The position numbers and the translations under genes are program-made. The notes below the pieces were generated by a model that did not search any database, was not told where the DNA came from, and saw only the letters and a program-made list of their open reading frames with translations. A stretch of 64,000 nt of DNA from Acidobacteriota bacterium (lineage in GTDB: Bacteria; Acidobacteriota; UBA890; WLXD01), in assembly GCA_965248695.1 (NCBI GenBank), contig CBDFKD010000002.1:2464001-2528000 (forward strand). The letters run 5' to 3'. Shown piece by piece: positions 1-9,607 of this stretch (its first letter is position 1; every line of letters begins with the position of its first letter).

Positions 1-1137
1 CCGAAGCAACAGCCCGTCACCGGTGACGTAGACGATCGAACGGCCGTCCGGTGACAGGGCGACGACATGCTGCCCCATGCGTGCGAACGATTCCGTCGCG
101 CGCAGCGGGACTTCGAAACGTGTCACTGCGGGTGCGTCAGGCTGCATCAGACGCCAGACCGTAGCGCCGGTGATCGCCGCCACTAACAAGACCACGAGGA
201 GGGTGGGCACCGGTCGCTGCCAGAGCCGCAACGGCGGTGCGCCGGAGGGTGCCGACGCCGCCGTGGGGCTGGTCGTCGCGAACGCACCCGCCAGCGCCAG
301 GCGCACATCCCCCATATCACGGACACGTTCTCTGGCGTCTCGCTGCAAACACCGCCTCAGGTAGGTATCGAGAGCCGGGGGAAGCCCCTCGGGCAACGCC
401 TCCCAGTCGGGATCCCGTTCGATGACCCGAGCCAACGTCTGTGAGATGTCATCCCCGGGAAAGGGCTTCGTGCCGGTCAGCATCTCGTACAGCACTGCGC
501 CAAACGCCCAGATGTCGGCCCGCTTGTCCACCGGCTGGCCCCTGGCTTGCTCCGGGCTCATGTAGGCGGCTGTGCCCATGATGACTCCGGTGCGCGTCGC
601 CTCCATCATGGTCGGTGATTGGCTCAGGTCCCGCGAGACATCGGACGACGAGCCGTCCGCCTCGTAGGACTTGGCAAGCCCGAAGTCGAGGACCTTGGCT
701 CTCCCCTGCGGGGTAACGATGACGTTGGCGGGCTTCAGGTCGCGGTGGATAACGCCGTTCTCGTGCGCGGCTTCCAATGCCTCGGCAATCTGGCGGGCAA
801 CGTCGAGCGCTTCATCGACTTCAAAACGCCCCGAGCGAGAGATCCGCTCTGCCAAGGTCTCACCCTCAACCAGCTCCATGGCGATGTAGCGTTGATCGCC
901 CTCATCCTCCAGCCCGTAAATGGCAGCGATGTTGGTGTGGTTCAGAGAGGCGAGGAGCTTTGCCTCACGCTCGAAGCGGGCAAGACGGTCGGCGTCGGTG
1001 GCGAAGTCCTCTGGAAGCACCTTGATCGCGACATCCCGGTCGAGCTTGGTATCCCGCGCTCGATACACCTCTCCCATGCCGCCCGCGCCGAGCGGGGAGA
1101 GGATCTCGTAATGCCCTAGTTGGGTCCCACGTTCCAT
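1..1137 (-). CDS. Hanks-type Ser/Thr protein kinase with TM helix and start of a TolB-like propeller (runs off left edge)
   Basis: Manual translation from ATG 1137: LGAGGMGEVYRARD, VAIKVL, HRDLKPAN, DFGLAK, GTAAYMSPEQ, DIWAFG; then hydrophobic LLVVLLVAAITG and ALSPDGRSIVY. Confidence 0.95.
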   Translation of the reverse strand, partial: MERGTQLGHYEILSPLGAGGMGEVYRARDTKLDRDVAIKVLPEDFATDADRLARFEREAKLLASLNHTNIAAIYGLEDEGDQRYIAMELVEGETLAERISRSGRFEVDEALDVARQIAEALEAAHENGVIHRDLKPANVIVTPQGRAKVLDFGLAKSYEADGSSSDVSRDLSQSPTMMEATRTGVIMGTAAYMSPEQARGQPVDKRADIWAFGAVLYEMLTGTKPFPGDDISQTLARVIERDPDWEALPEGLPPALDTYLRRCLQRDARERVRDMGDVRLALAGAFATTSPTAASAPSGAPPLRLWQRPVPTLLVVLLVAAITGATVWRLMQPDAPAVTRFEVPLRATESFARMGQHVVALSPDGRSIVYVTGDGLLLR

Positions 1138-1381
1138 TCGCGCGCCACGGTGGAGTAGGTTGGCGAGGTGAGCGTATCGCCCGTTCGTGCGACGGTCCAC
1201 GGTGCGCGAAACTACCCTCAATAGGTCAGTCCACACATCGGAGTTGCCCGTACACGCGAGCGGCGAGCTCGGCCGGATGATGTGCCCTTCCGGCTATCCG
1301 AGGCGCGGAGAGCCGGTTCCGCGCCTGTGAACTGACGACGGTACTAGCGCCATCGGCTTTTCTAGAGACGCGCCGGCTTCT

Positions 1382-1390
1382 TGCTAAACT
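1382..1390 (+). promoter_or_regulatory. Putative extended -10 (TGcTAAACT) facing the tRNA half; also 4173-4181 (TGcTACACT) and 9228-9236 (TGcTAAACT)
   Basis: TGnTAnnnT conserved in all three type I right arms ~72 nt upstream of the tRNA 5' end. Confidence 0.45.
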
Positions 1391-1462
1391 GCGGGCACAG
1401 TTTGGGCACAATCGGCCTCACAAGATCCACCGTGCCGCTCGTAAGTGCCCATGAACAAAGGG

Positions 1463-1501
1463 GCGCCCGTAGCTCAGCTGGATAGAGCAGCGGACTTCTA
1501 A
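1463..1501 (+). repeat. 5' half of tRNA-Arg(TCT), copy 1 (att-like core)
   Basis: gcgcccgtagctcagctggatagagcagcggacttctaa identical to 15082-15120; no 3' half follows. Confidence 0.95.
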
Positions 1502-1650
1502 ACCAAACGGTCGCAGTTGGGGCTGGTTGGCGCTGCTTGGGGCTCGTTGGCTGGCGCTGGTTCCTGTTGGTAGCGAATCAGCCCGCTCTTGGTTCTAGTT
1601 GGTTCCAGTTGGTGCTGCTTGGTTCCCCGCGGGCACAATCGTGGGCACAG
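1502..1650 (+). repeat. Type I left arm: 10-bp periodic TTGG tract plus GGGCACA pair
   Basis: TTGG at 1517,1527,1537,1547,(CTGG 1557),1567,1589,1599,1609,1619; GGGCACA at 1631 and 1643. Confidence 0.9.
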
Positions 1651-1696
1651 TTTGAACCGCTGAGTACGTGGAGGACTCCGCAACTCGCTGACGCGG

Positions 1697-1735
1697 CTAC
1701 GGATCCGTCGGCACGAGCCGCTTCAGCTCGTCGAA
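1697..1735 (-). pseudogene. 3'-terminal remnant of a kinase-propeller gene (FDELKRLVPTDP*)
   Basis: Resembles the NWFEELKRLVP-type C-terminus of this kinase family; homologous to 9532-9586 and 12759-12816. Confidence 0.7.
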
Positions 1736-1928
1736 GTGCCAGGGCAAGGGGTCAGGCGTTCCCGGATCCACGGCGGAGAGCGTCTGGGAGTTGTCCCGCA
1801 GCGAATCCCTTGAGGAGCCCAACGATCAGTGGTTGTATCCAGGCGTCCCTCTACTGACCAAGCCAAGAACCTAACTCGACCAGGGTCATCTTGGACATCC
1901 CGGGAGGTAGACAGTGGTTGGAGGATCG

Positions 1929-3722
1929 ATGACGGAAACCAGGCCCCAGCTGTGGATCCTTTTGCTGGCGAGCCTGAGCATATCGGCTTGTCAGTCGTCC
2001 ACGCAGGACGCGTCGCCAGGCGATGCTGCCAGCCCTGCCGATTTGGTGCTGCAGGGCGGAAAGTTCTTTACCGTCGACGAAGCCCAAGTTTGGGCTGAAG
2101 CCGTCGCCATCAAGGACGGCAGGTTCGTGTACGTCGGCGACAACACTAGCGTACAGGGCTTCGTTGGCCCCGATACCGTTCGCCATGACCTCGGCGGCAA
2201 GCTGACAATTCCCGGTCTAGTGGATTCCCATACACACCCAGGTAGGATGGGGCGGGGCGGGGGCGTCTCGGTCCCCGTGGGTGGTGGTCCCAGAGGGAGG
2301 CTGCCCAGCGGCGGGAACAAGGAGGAGATCTTCGCTGCGGTGGAGGCATATGCCGAAGCCAACCCGGACCTTGCCTGGATCGAGATGGGTAGCTGGTCCG
2401 GGGATCTGTACGGCATCGCGGGCCCACATAGGAGAGATTTGGATCGCGTGGTACCGGATCGACCGGTGATGTTAGGAAGCGTCCATAGCGTTTGGGTCAA
2501 TTCCGTGGCGCTCGAGATGATGGGGGTCGACAGCAATACACCCGATCCGGTACCCGGTCTCTCATTCTTCGTACGGGATGCCGATGGGGAGCCTACCGGC
2601 TGGATCAAGGAATTTGCCACCTGGCCCTATGCGCAGCACCTTGCTGACGTTGACCCGGAGTCCCACAAGGAGGGTATCGTCACCTTCTTGGAGTACCTGT
2701 CAGGCCACGGCGTTACTTCACTCTTGGACGCTGGTAACCAAAACTACGACGATCTCGCGTACTCGCTGCTGGCTGAGCTAGAGGCGGCCGGTCGTCTGCC
2801 GGTTCGCCTCGAGGGCAGCTATCACATCTACTTGCCCGATCGGGTGCCCGATGCAATCGATGAGCTACAGCGGCTGCGCCGCACCTACGGCGGCGAACGT
2901 CTACGGTTCAACACCATCAAGATCCACTTCGACGGCACCAATGAGATTCGTACCGGCGCGGTGCTCGAGCCGTACAGCGATGACCCGGGCAACCGGGGCA
3001 CGACCCTGCTCGACACCGGACAGCTGCGTGACTTCATCGTGCAGCTTCACGAAGCCAGGATCGATCTGCACATGCACATCGTGGGCGACCGGGGCGTACG
3101 CATCGCCCTGGATGCGGTGGAAGCAGCGCGCAGGTCGGTCGACGGCGAGCTCTATCCACGCGTCACCCTGTGCCACCTGGACATCATCGATACGGCTGAC
3201 TACCCGCGTTTCAAACAGCTGGGTGTCATTGCCAACTACACGCCCCAGTGGCACGGCCTGGGAGACCGACTGCCGTTGACCGCCGGTACCCTTGGCCCCC
3301 GCTTCGAAAGGATGTTGCTGGTGCAGCCGTTACTGGATGACGGCGCGGTCGTGACCTTCTCCAGCGACGTGACATCGCTCGGGGCCATGGAGCGGGCCAA
3401 CCCTTATCTGGGGATGCAGATCGGCCACAACCGCCAATACCATCAACAAGGTGAGGCGGCGCCGATAAGGCTGCCGATGACCGAACGCCTGGACCTGGAG
3501 GATCTAGTCAAGGGATATACGTTGAACGGCGCCTACCAGCTCCGCATGGACGACCAGCTCGGCTCCATCGAGGTAGGCAAGCTCGCCGACCTGGTCGTGC
3601 TCGATCGCAACCTGTTCGAAATCGATCGGTACGAGATCCACGAGGTTCGACCCGAAGCGGTCATCATGGAAGGCGAGATCATCAGGGGGAGCTTAGACAG
3701 CGGCGCGGAGCTGAGGCCATAG
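1929..3722 (+). CDS. Amidohydrolase_3 (YtcJ-like) lipoprotein
   Basis: PGLVDSHTH, HIVGDRG, FSSD, GSIEVGKLADLVVLD; lipobox ISAC; GGAGGA before ATG 1929. Confidence 0.9.
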   Translation: MTETRPQLWILLLASLSISACQSSTQDASPGDAASPADLVLQGGKFFTVDEAQVWAEAVAIKDGRFVYVGDNTSVQGFVGPDTVRHDLGGKLTIPGLVDSHTHPGRMGRGGGVSVPVGGGPRGRLPSGGNKEEIFAAVEAYAEANPDLAWIEMGSWSGDLYGIAGPHRRDLDRVVPDRPVMLGSVHSVWVNSVALEMMGVDSNTPDPVPGLSFFVRDADGEPTGWIKEFATWPYAQHLADVDPESHKEGIVTFLEYLSGHGVTSLLDAGNQNYDDLAYSLLAELEAAGRLPVRLEGSYHIYLPDRVPDAIDELQRLRRTYGGERLRFNTIKIHFDGTNEIRTGAVLEPYSDDPGNRGTTLLDTGQLRDFIVQLHEARIDLHMHIVGDRGVRIALDAVEAARRSVDGELYPRVTLCHLDIIDTADYPRFKQLGVIANYTPQWHGLGDRLPLTAGTLGPRFERMLLVQPLLDDGAVVTFSSDVTSLGAMERANPYLGMQIGHNRQYHQQGEAAPIRLPMTERLDLEDLVKGYTLNGAYQLRMDDQLGSIEVGKLADLVVLDRNLFEIDRYEIHEVRPEAVIMEGEIIRGSLDSGAELRP

Positions 3723-3756
3723 CGGCAGCTGCGGCTTCGTGCGCACCTCGGCAGAT

Positions 3757-3857
3757 GGCGGCTTCGATGCAAGCACGGGACATCGAGGCCATCACAGTGA
3801 ACCGCTTGCCGCACGGCTACGCTGGCGGCGCCAACCGCCTTTACGACCCCGCGTGGG
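3757..3857 (+). pseudogene. Fragment of an SpdH-like flavoprotein gene
   Basis: GGFD..DIEAITVNRLPHGYA matches GGFDPARDIEAITVNRWPHGYA in 41387-43378. Confidence 0.75.
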
Positions 3858-3858
3858 A

Positions 3859-3927
3859 CTCTCCCATGCCGCCAACGCCGAGCTATCCGGTGATCTCGTA
3901 GGGGCCTAGTTTGGTGCCGGGTCCCAT
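3859..3927 (-). pseudogene. 5'-terminal remnant of a Ser/Thr kinase (MGPGTKLGPYEITG*LGVGGMGE)
   Basis: Colinear with the start of the kinase at 1137; in-frame TAG at 3883-3885; ends after the Gly-rich loop. Confidence 0.85.
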
Positions 3928-4252
3928 GGCGCTACCAGAGGGAGGTAGGTGGGCGCGTGAAGCGTATCGTCAGCCCATGCGAAGGTCCACGGGGCGCGAA
4001 ATCACCCGCTATACGTCAGTCCACACATCGGGGATGCTCCGTCGGAGAGAGCATCGGACGTAACCAAGCGATGTTTCCTTTCCGCTATCCGAGGCGCGGA
4101 GAATCGGTTCTGCGCCTGTGAGCCGACGACGGTGCTAGCGCCATCGGTGTTTCCAGAGAGGCGCTGACTTCTTGCTACACTTCGGGCACAGTTTGGGCAC
4201 AATCACGGTCACAGAATCCACCCTGCGGCTCGTAAGTGCCCATGAATAAAGG

Positions 4253-4291
4253 GCGCCCGTAGCTCAGCTGGATAGAGCAGCGGACTTCTAA
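4253..4291 (+). repeat. 5' half of tRNA-Arg(TCT), copy 2
   Basis: Identical 39-mer. Confidence 0.95.
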
Positions 4292-4631
4292 ACCAAACGG
4301 TCGCAGTTGGTGCTGGTTGGCGCTGCTTGGTGCTCGTTGGCTGGCGTTGGTTCCTGTTGATAGCGAATCAGCCCGCTCTTGGTTCTAGTTGGCTCCAGTT
4401 GGTGCTCGTTGGTTCCCCGCGGGCACAATCGTGGGCACAGCGGCGGAGCACAGTGTCGTCTCTGGCAGGTCTAGGCGACATCTTGATCACGCGCGAATTC
4501 GGCGCACCTCCGCCGAGAACGCGCACGCCCAGCCCATCGCCAGGCCAATCGGGCGAAGCTCAGGACAATGAGACCTCCGCCGAAGCAGCGTGCGCCGGGC
4601 GCCTGATTCGCGTACGTAGTCGCACCACCGC

Positions 4632-6656
4632 TCACCGCAGTGCAAGCGCGACGAACTCAGCGGCGTGCTCGACGCCGCCGACCGCGACGACTATGAACTG
4701 TTTCTCCTCGTGCATGTACGTGATCGGCGCACCGGTAGTGCCAGCGGGGAGCGCCGTCTCCCACAGAATGTCGCCAGTCTCCTTGTCGTAGGCGCGGAAC
4801 TTGTCGCCGCCGGACGTCGGAATCGCATACAGGGGCATCCCCTCCGGGACGCGCCTGGCCCAGTTGTGGTGCGACATCACCGGGTCGCCCTCGCCGACGA
4901 ACAGGAGCGTCTTCGTCAGCAACGGCGCTGCGCGCCCCGGCAGCCCGAGCCTCGGCAGGTTCAGGTGAGCGATCGCGGGATGGTCCCGCGGTCCCTCGCC
5001 GTTGGGGACCATCCAATCGATCTCGCCCTGGTTCATGTCATATGCGGTGATCCGCCCGTATGGCGGCTTGATGAGCGGCAGCCCTTGCGGACCATTGATG
5101 TAGCGTCGCGCGCCGCGAACGTAGCGCAGGTCCGCTGTGTCCGGGGGGCCTGCGAGGATGTCCGCGGCGAATGGTCCGGTTATGGACTGGACGTACAGGC
5201 GACCGGTGTCGGGGTCGAAGGCGGCGCTCTGCCAGTCGCCGCCTCCCTGTCCGCCCGGAAGCTGGATCGTGCCGAGGGTGCTGTTCGGGTCGTCGCTGCG
5301 AATCGAGGGCGGCGTGAACATCGGCCCGATGACGTAGCGATTCACGATCCGCTCTGCCTTCGCACGCAGCTCGGGCGTGAAGTCGATCAGATCGTCAATC
5401 GACACCCCCTGGCGGTCGAACGGCGGTGGCTTGGTCGGAAACGGCTGGGTCGGCGCGGTGCGTTCGCCCGGCGTGTTCGATTTCGGTACCGGGCGCTCTT
5501 CGATGGGCCAGATCGATTCTCCGGTCACCCTGTCGAACACGAACAGGAACGCGTTCTTGGTGACCTGGATGGCTGTCTTGCGACGCCGTCCGTCCACCGT
5601 GAGGTCGGCCAATATGGGCGCCGACGGCAGATCGAAGTTCCATAGAGGATGATGGACGGTCTGGAAATGCCAGATGCGCTCACCGGTCTCCGCGTCCACG
5701 CATACCAAGCTCTGGCCGTAGAGATTGTCCCCGAGACGATGGCCGCCGTACATGTCGTTGGTCGGCGAGCTGAGCGGCAGGTACACGTACCCCAACTCTT
5801 CGTCGACCGACATGTATGCCCAGAGGTTAGTGTGGCCGCTGTAACGCCAGCTCTCGTCCTCCCAGGTGTCGGTGCCGAACTCGCCGGCCTGCGGAACCAC
5901 ATGGAACGTCCAGCGCAGCGCGCCCGTCCGCACGTCGAACGCCCGCACGTCGCCGCGAGGTTGCGCCATGGTCGGGGGGCCGTCCGACATCGATTGACCC
6001 ACGATGACGACCTCCCCTGTGACCAGCGGAACGCCGGTCCACCAGTACGGTGAGCGCGGCGGGCCAAGGCCCTCGGCCAGATCGACCATGCCGGCATTGC
6101 CGAAGTCCGGATACACACGACCGGTCTTGGCATTGAGGGCGATCAAATGCTCGCCCCCGACGGCGAGAATGCGCGCATCCACGCCGTCGGTCCAATAGGC
6201 GACGCCGCGGGCGCTGTCTCCCCGTGATTGCCGTGGATCCTCCCCTGTGTCCTGCAGCCAGATGGTTCGTCCGCTCCCGGGGTCGAACGCCTCGACCAAC
6301 CCCACGCCGTTCGACGCGTACAGGACACCGTCGACCATCAACGGCGTCGATCTGAAGTTGTTGGAGAACTGCAAGCCGGGGTTCGCGTCGATGATCGCGG
6401 TGGCGACGGCCGGGCGCCGCCAGACGATGCGCAAACGGTCGACGTTGTCCCTGTCGATCTGGTCGAGCGGTGCGTACTTCGTACTGGCGGGGTCGCCGTT
6501 GTAGCTCCGCCACTCGCCGGCGGCCGCGCCTGTCTGGGCCGCGCCTGACACCCCGATGGCGCCCAGCAGACAAGCACACGCGGTCGACAGCGCCCGTCGT
6601 TTACCGAACCGTTTGCGATCCCGCGAACACGAAGCTCCCATCCGCATACCCCTCAC
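4632..6656 (-). CDS. PQQ-dependent glucose/quinate dehydrogenase-like propeller protein
   Basis: KYAPLDQIDRDNV, WHFQTVHHPLWNFDLP, KPPYGRITAYD, GAPITYM; signal peptide; exact start uncertain. Confidence 0.85.
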   Translation of the reverse strand: MRGMRMGASCSRDRKRFGKRRALSTACACLLGAIGVSGAAQTGAAAGEWRSYNGDPASTKYAPLDQIDRDNVDRLRIVWRRPAVATAIIDANPGLQFSNNFRSTPLMVDGVLYASNGVGLVEAFDPGSGRTIWLQDTGEDPRQSRGDSARGVAYWTDGVDARILAVGGEHLIALNAKTGRVYPDFGNAGMVDLAEGLGPPRSPYWWTGVPLVTGEVVIVGQSMSDGPPTMAQPRGDVRAFDVRTGALRWTFHVVPQAGEFGTDTWEDESWRYSGHTNLWAYMSVDEELGYVYLPLSSPTNDMYGGHRLGDNLYGQSLVCVDAETGERIWHFQTVHHPLWNFDLPSAPILADLTVDGRRRKTAIQVTKNAFLFVFDRVTGESIWPIEERPVPKSNTPGERTAPTQPFPTKPPPFDRQGVSIDDLIDFTPELRAKAERIVNRYVIGPMFTPPSIRSDDPNSTLGTIQLPGGQGGGDWQSAAFDPDTGRLYVQSITGPFAADILAGPPDTADLRYVRGARRYINGPQGLPLIKPPYGRITAYDMNQGEIDWMVPNGEGPRDHPAIAHLNLPRLGLPGRAAPLLTKTLLFVGEGDPVMSHHNWARRVPEGMPLYAIPTSGGDKFRAYDKETGDILWETALPAGTTGAPITYMHEEKQFIVVAVGGVEHAAEFVALALR

Positions 6657-6662
6657 GGTTGC

Positions 6663-8930
6663 CTAGTCCTCCGCCACGGCGACGACGTGGTGTCGCGTTC
6701 GAAAGATCAACATGTCGTCCACGGCCGCCGGGGTAGCCATGATGATCTCGCCCATCGCGTTGACGGCCAAGCGCTCGAACTCCCTGCCGGCCTGAATCAC
6801 GACTACGTCGCCGTCCTCGCTCGAGAAGTACAGGCGGCCGTCGGCCGCTATCGGCGACGCCGAGTAGTGGCTGCCGCGGCTGAGGCGGGCCTGGTAGAGA
6901 CGGCTCCCGGTGGCGGCATCGTAGGCGGCGAGGATGCCGGTGTCCGAGCTCACATACAGGACGTCCCCGTAGAGAATCGGGGTCGGAATGAACGCACCAC
7001 CACGGTGGGTGCTCCACGCCACGTAGTCGTTCGAGACCGCGTCATCCGTCGGGGTGATGTCGCCGCCCCCACCGGGGCGGACGGCGTAGATCGGCTGCAC
7101 GCTACCGCCGCTGCCGCTCGTCAAGTAGATCAATCCGTGGCCGCTGATCGGTGCCGGAATGGCGTAGATCGAGTGCTTGGCCAGCCTCCATAGCTCCTCT
7201 CCGGTCTGCGGGTCGTAGCCGCGCGCGAAGTTCGGGGCCAGGGTGACGAGCTCGGTGCGTGGTGGACCCTCGTAGATCAACGGTGTCGCCCACGAAGGCG
7301 CCTCGTCGCGGGCGGTGCGCCAGACTTCGGCGCCGGTCTCGATATCGAACGCGGCGATGAACGAGTCGGCGAGCAGGTCCACCTGCAGAATCACGAGCCG
7401 ATCGTGAATGATTGGCGAGGCAGCCGTGCCCCACTCATAACTCGGATCTACGACATACCCCGACCCGAGCGTACCGAGGTCGCGCGACCACAGCAGGGTC
7501 CCCGCGGTGTCGTAGCAGTAGAGCCCCTCCGAGCCGAACCAAACCACGACGTGCGTCCCGTCGGTCACCGGCGTGGCATTGGCCTGAGACTGGCTCACGT
7601 GGCGCGCCGTCCGCGGGATCCCTTCGCGGGCCTCGCGTTCCCAGAGGACCTCGCCGCTCTCCCGATCGAGCGCATAGACACGCCAAGAGTGTGGCTCCCG
7701 ATCTGTCGTCGACCGGTTGTCGGCGTCGAGGAAGGAGTAGGCGTCAAAGCCATGACGAAAGGCCGTCGGGTCGTCGGTCAGGGCTACCGCTGTCGTCACG
7801 AAGATACGGCTGTCCCAGACGATCGGACTCGAATGACCTAGCCCCGGGATCGAAGTCTTCCAAGCGACGTTGATCGAGCCTTCGAGGTCCCAGGTCGTTG
7901 GCGGTACGGCGTCGAGAGCAACCCCAGAGCCCCGGACACCCCGGAACGATGGCCAGCGCGCCCCGGTTGCGGCCACCGGGGCGGCGACCGGGCGATCAAA
8001 CGCCGGCTGTAGTGTTCGTGCCGGCTTCGCTCTCGGCACCGGATCGGCGGTCCGCACGAACACCTCCGTGATGCCCTCTTCCCGGAGGCTTATCTTGCGC
8101 GGCGTCGGCAACCCGACCGGTCTGCTGACGAGCTTGGTGCGGTCGAACGATTTGAAGCTCAGCAGGTCGAGCGGCAGTAAGCCGACGCTCGGCTGTCCGG
8201 CCCGCTCGAGCAGCAGCTGGTCCGAATGGACGCTCGGCGCCAGGGTCAGCGAGCTCCCGGCGGCGTTTCGATAGATCCCCACCCAGAGGTCGCGCCGTTC
8301 CGCCGACGACAGACGATCGATCGGTCGAGGCTCGATCGCGCCCGCGGCCCGCAACGTTTCGGCGAGATCCGCCAGATCGTAGCTAACCGCGGCCTCGTAG
8401 GCGACGTTGAGTAACGACGGGTCGACCCCGCCCCTGGCGACGATCCTCTTCACCACGTCGAACCGGCCACTCCATATCAGATCCAGAAGTGACTCGCCGG
8501 CCGCGCCGGCACCCGCCTCGAGAAGCAGCTCGAGCATCGTTACCCGGGTCTCTTCTGCGGCTCCGGTACCTCCCATCCCGGCATGTCGCAACGGTGTCCG
8601 GCCCCACTCGAGATCCTTGGTGTCCGGATCGGCTCCGTTCTCGAGCAGCAACCGGACGATCTCGAGATGGCCTCGTTCGGCAGCAATATAGAGCGCCGTG
8701 GCGCCGCGGTCATTCGCAACCTCGACGTCCACACCATGGGCGAGCAGTGCGCCCACCGTGGCGGCATCGCCGTGGCCGGCCGCTTCTAGCAGGCGGTGAT
8801 CGCGGGACGGTGCCTGCAGCGTGGGGCCTGTGACGAGCACCGCGCAAAGTCCGGCACACAGAAACCACGCGTCAGATGCTGGCCCTTGCGCGTTCGCCAT
8901 CGGCCGCCGGACTGGGGAGAAGGTGCTCAT
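6663..8930 (-). CDS. Ankyrin-repeat plus PQQ/BamB-like beta-propeller protein
   Basis: GATALYIAAERGHLEIVRLLLENGADP; WPSFRG, IPGLGHSSPIVW, SASPIAADGRLYF; start inferred. Confidence 0.85.
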   Translation of the reverse strand: MSTFSPVRRPMANAQGPASDAWFLCAGLCAVLVTGPTLQAPSRDHRLLEAAGHGDAATVGALLAHGVDVEVANDRGATALYIAAERGHLEIVRLLLENGADPDTKDLEWGRTPLRHAGMGGTGAAEETRVTMLELLLEAGAGAAGESLLDLIWSGRFDVVKRIVARGGVDPSLLNVAYEAAVSYDLADLAETLRAAGAIEPRPIDRLSSAERRDLWVGIYRNAAGSSLTLAPSVHSDQLLLERAGQPSVGLLPLDLLSFKSFDRTKLVSRPVGLPTPRKISLREEGITEVFVRTADPVPRAKPARTLQPAFDRPVAAPVAATGARWPSFRGVRGSGVALDAVPPTTWDLEGSINVAWKTSIPGLGHSSPIVWDSRIFVTTAVALTDDPTAFRHGFDAYSFLDADNRSTTDREPHSWRVYALDRESGEVLWEREAREGIPRTARHVSQSQANATPVTDGTHVVVWFGSEGLYCYDTAGTLLWSRDLGTLGSGYVVDPSYEWGTAASPIIHDRLVILQVDLLADSFIAAFDIETGAEVWRTARDEAPSWATPLIYEGPPRTELVTLAPNFARGYDPQTGEELWRLAKHSIYAIPAPISGHGLIYLTSGSGGSVQPIYAVRPGGGGDITPTDDAVSNDYVAWSTHRGGAFIPTPILYGDVLYVSSDTGILAAYDAATGSRLYQARLSRGSHYSASPIAADGRLYFSSEDGDVVVIQAGREFERLAVNAMGEIIMATPAAVDDMLIFRTRHHVVAVAED

Positions 8931-9117
8931 GGCCTCAATAGTTCGTCTGATTAAGGACCTCGTCTGGCAGGGGCCCTCATGGCGCGGTGCCAACGTATGG
9001 GCCCGCGGCGATAGCCTAGCGCCGCTGCGGACAGGGTCCAAGAGCCACAACGGTGTGCGGCATGGACGCCTGTCTCGAGCCGCTGGGCTGGCGGTCATCC
9101 GAGGCAAGCCCGACGCC

Positions 9118-9150
9118 GCGTTCCAGGAGCGGCAGATCAGCAACTACGAC
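9118..9150 (+). pseudogene. Short remnant of an M24/DoeA-like hydrolase gene (AFQERQISNYD)
   Basis: 31/33 nt match to 52058-52090. Confidence 0.6.
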
Positions 9151-9308
9151 TATCGCCGTGATCTCCTTGATCCACGTCAGTCGTTACGAACGGCAGCTCC
9201 GCTGGCCGTCGGACCGAGGCGACTTGTTGCTAAACTGCGGGCACAGCTCGGGCACAATCGGCCTCACAAAATCCACCGTGCGGCCCGTAAGTGCCCATGA
9301 ACAAAGGG

Positions 9309-9347
9309 GCGCCCGTAGCTCAGCTGGATAGAGCAGCGGACTTCTAA
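9309..9347 (+). repeat. 5' half of tRNA-Arg(TCT), copy 3 (type I / type II junction)
   Basis: Identical 39-mer. Confidence 0.95.
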
Positions 9348-9485
9348 GTCACTTCACTCGACTGGGCGGGGCTTGTTTCTACTTGTATCTAGTTGCATCC
9401 AATCGACTTGTGCCCGAACCGAAGTGACTGCGAGTTGTATGTTCTTGTATCTAGTTGGACGTAAATTGGCAGGAATTTGGCAAGG
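9348..9485 (+). repeat. Type II left arm: 10-bp periodic TTG tract plus TTGGCA pair
   Basis: TTG at 9373,9383,9393 and 9435,9445,9455; TTGGCA at 9466 and 9477. Confidence 0.85.
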
Positions 9486-9531
9486 TCTGAGCTGAGTACG
9501 TAGCGTGGCTCGCGAGACTCCGCTGACGCCG

Positions 9532-9586
9532 CTACGGGTCCGTCGGCACGAGCCGCTGCTCGTCGAACCAGGTGGTGGCGAGGTTG
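9532..9586 (-). pseudogene. Kinase 3' remnant (NLATTWFDEQRLVPTDP*)
   Basis: Homologous to 1697-1735 and 12759-12816. Confidence 0.7.
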
Positions 9587-9607
9587 TGGTCCAGGGCACC
9601 CGCCCGC

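Larger units (their letters stand above)
1..1462. mobile_element. Cassette 0 (partial): kinase cargo plus type I right arm
   Basis: Right end ~1140-1462 is homologous to ~3930-4252 and abuts a tRNA 5' half; left boundary is outside the window. Confidence 0.6.
1502..4252. mobile_element. Cassette A: type I arms, amidohydrolase cargo, kinase end remnants
   Basis: Bounded by tRNA halves; left arm 1502-1650 nearly identical to 4292-4440; right arm homologous to the arm ending at 1462. Confidence 0.8.
4292..9308. mobile_element. Cassette B: type I arms, two propeller-protein genes
   Basis: Left arm 4292-4440 (GGGCACA 4421, 4433); right arm ~9225-9308 (GGGCACA 9239, 9250). Confidence 0.8.

Noticed and set aside
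1226-1857. Small ORFs over the arm repeats (also 4002-4202, 4327-4791, 9354-9671)
   Set aside because: 10-bp periodicity is not codon-compatible and ORF ends differ between copies
4441-4631. Possible degraded gene piece (NSRVIKMSP) in cassette B
   Set aside because: Only a weak NHL-like resemblance; cannot be supported
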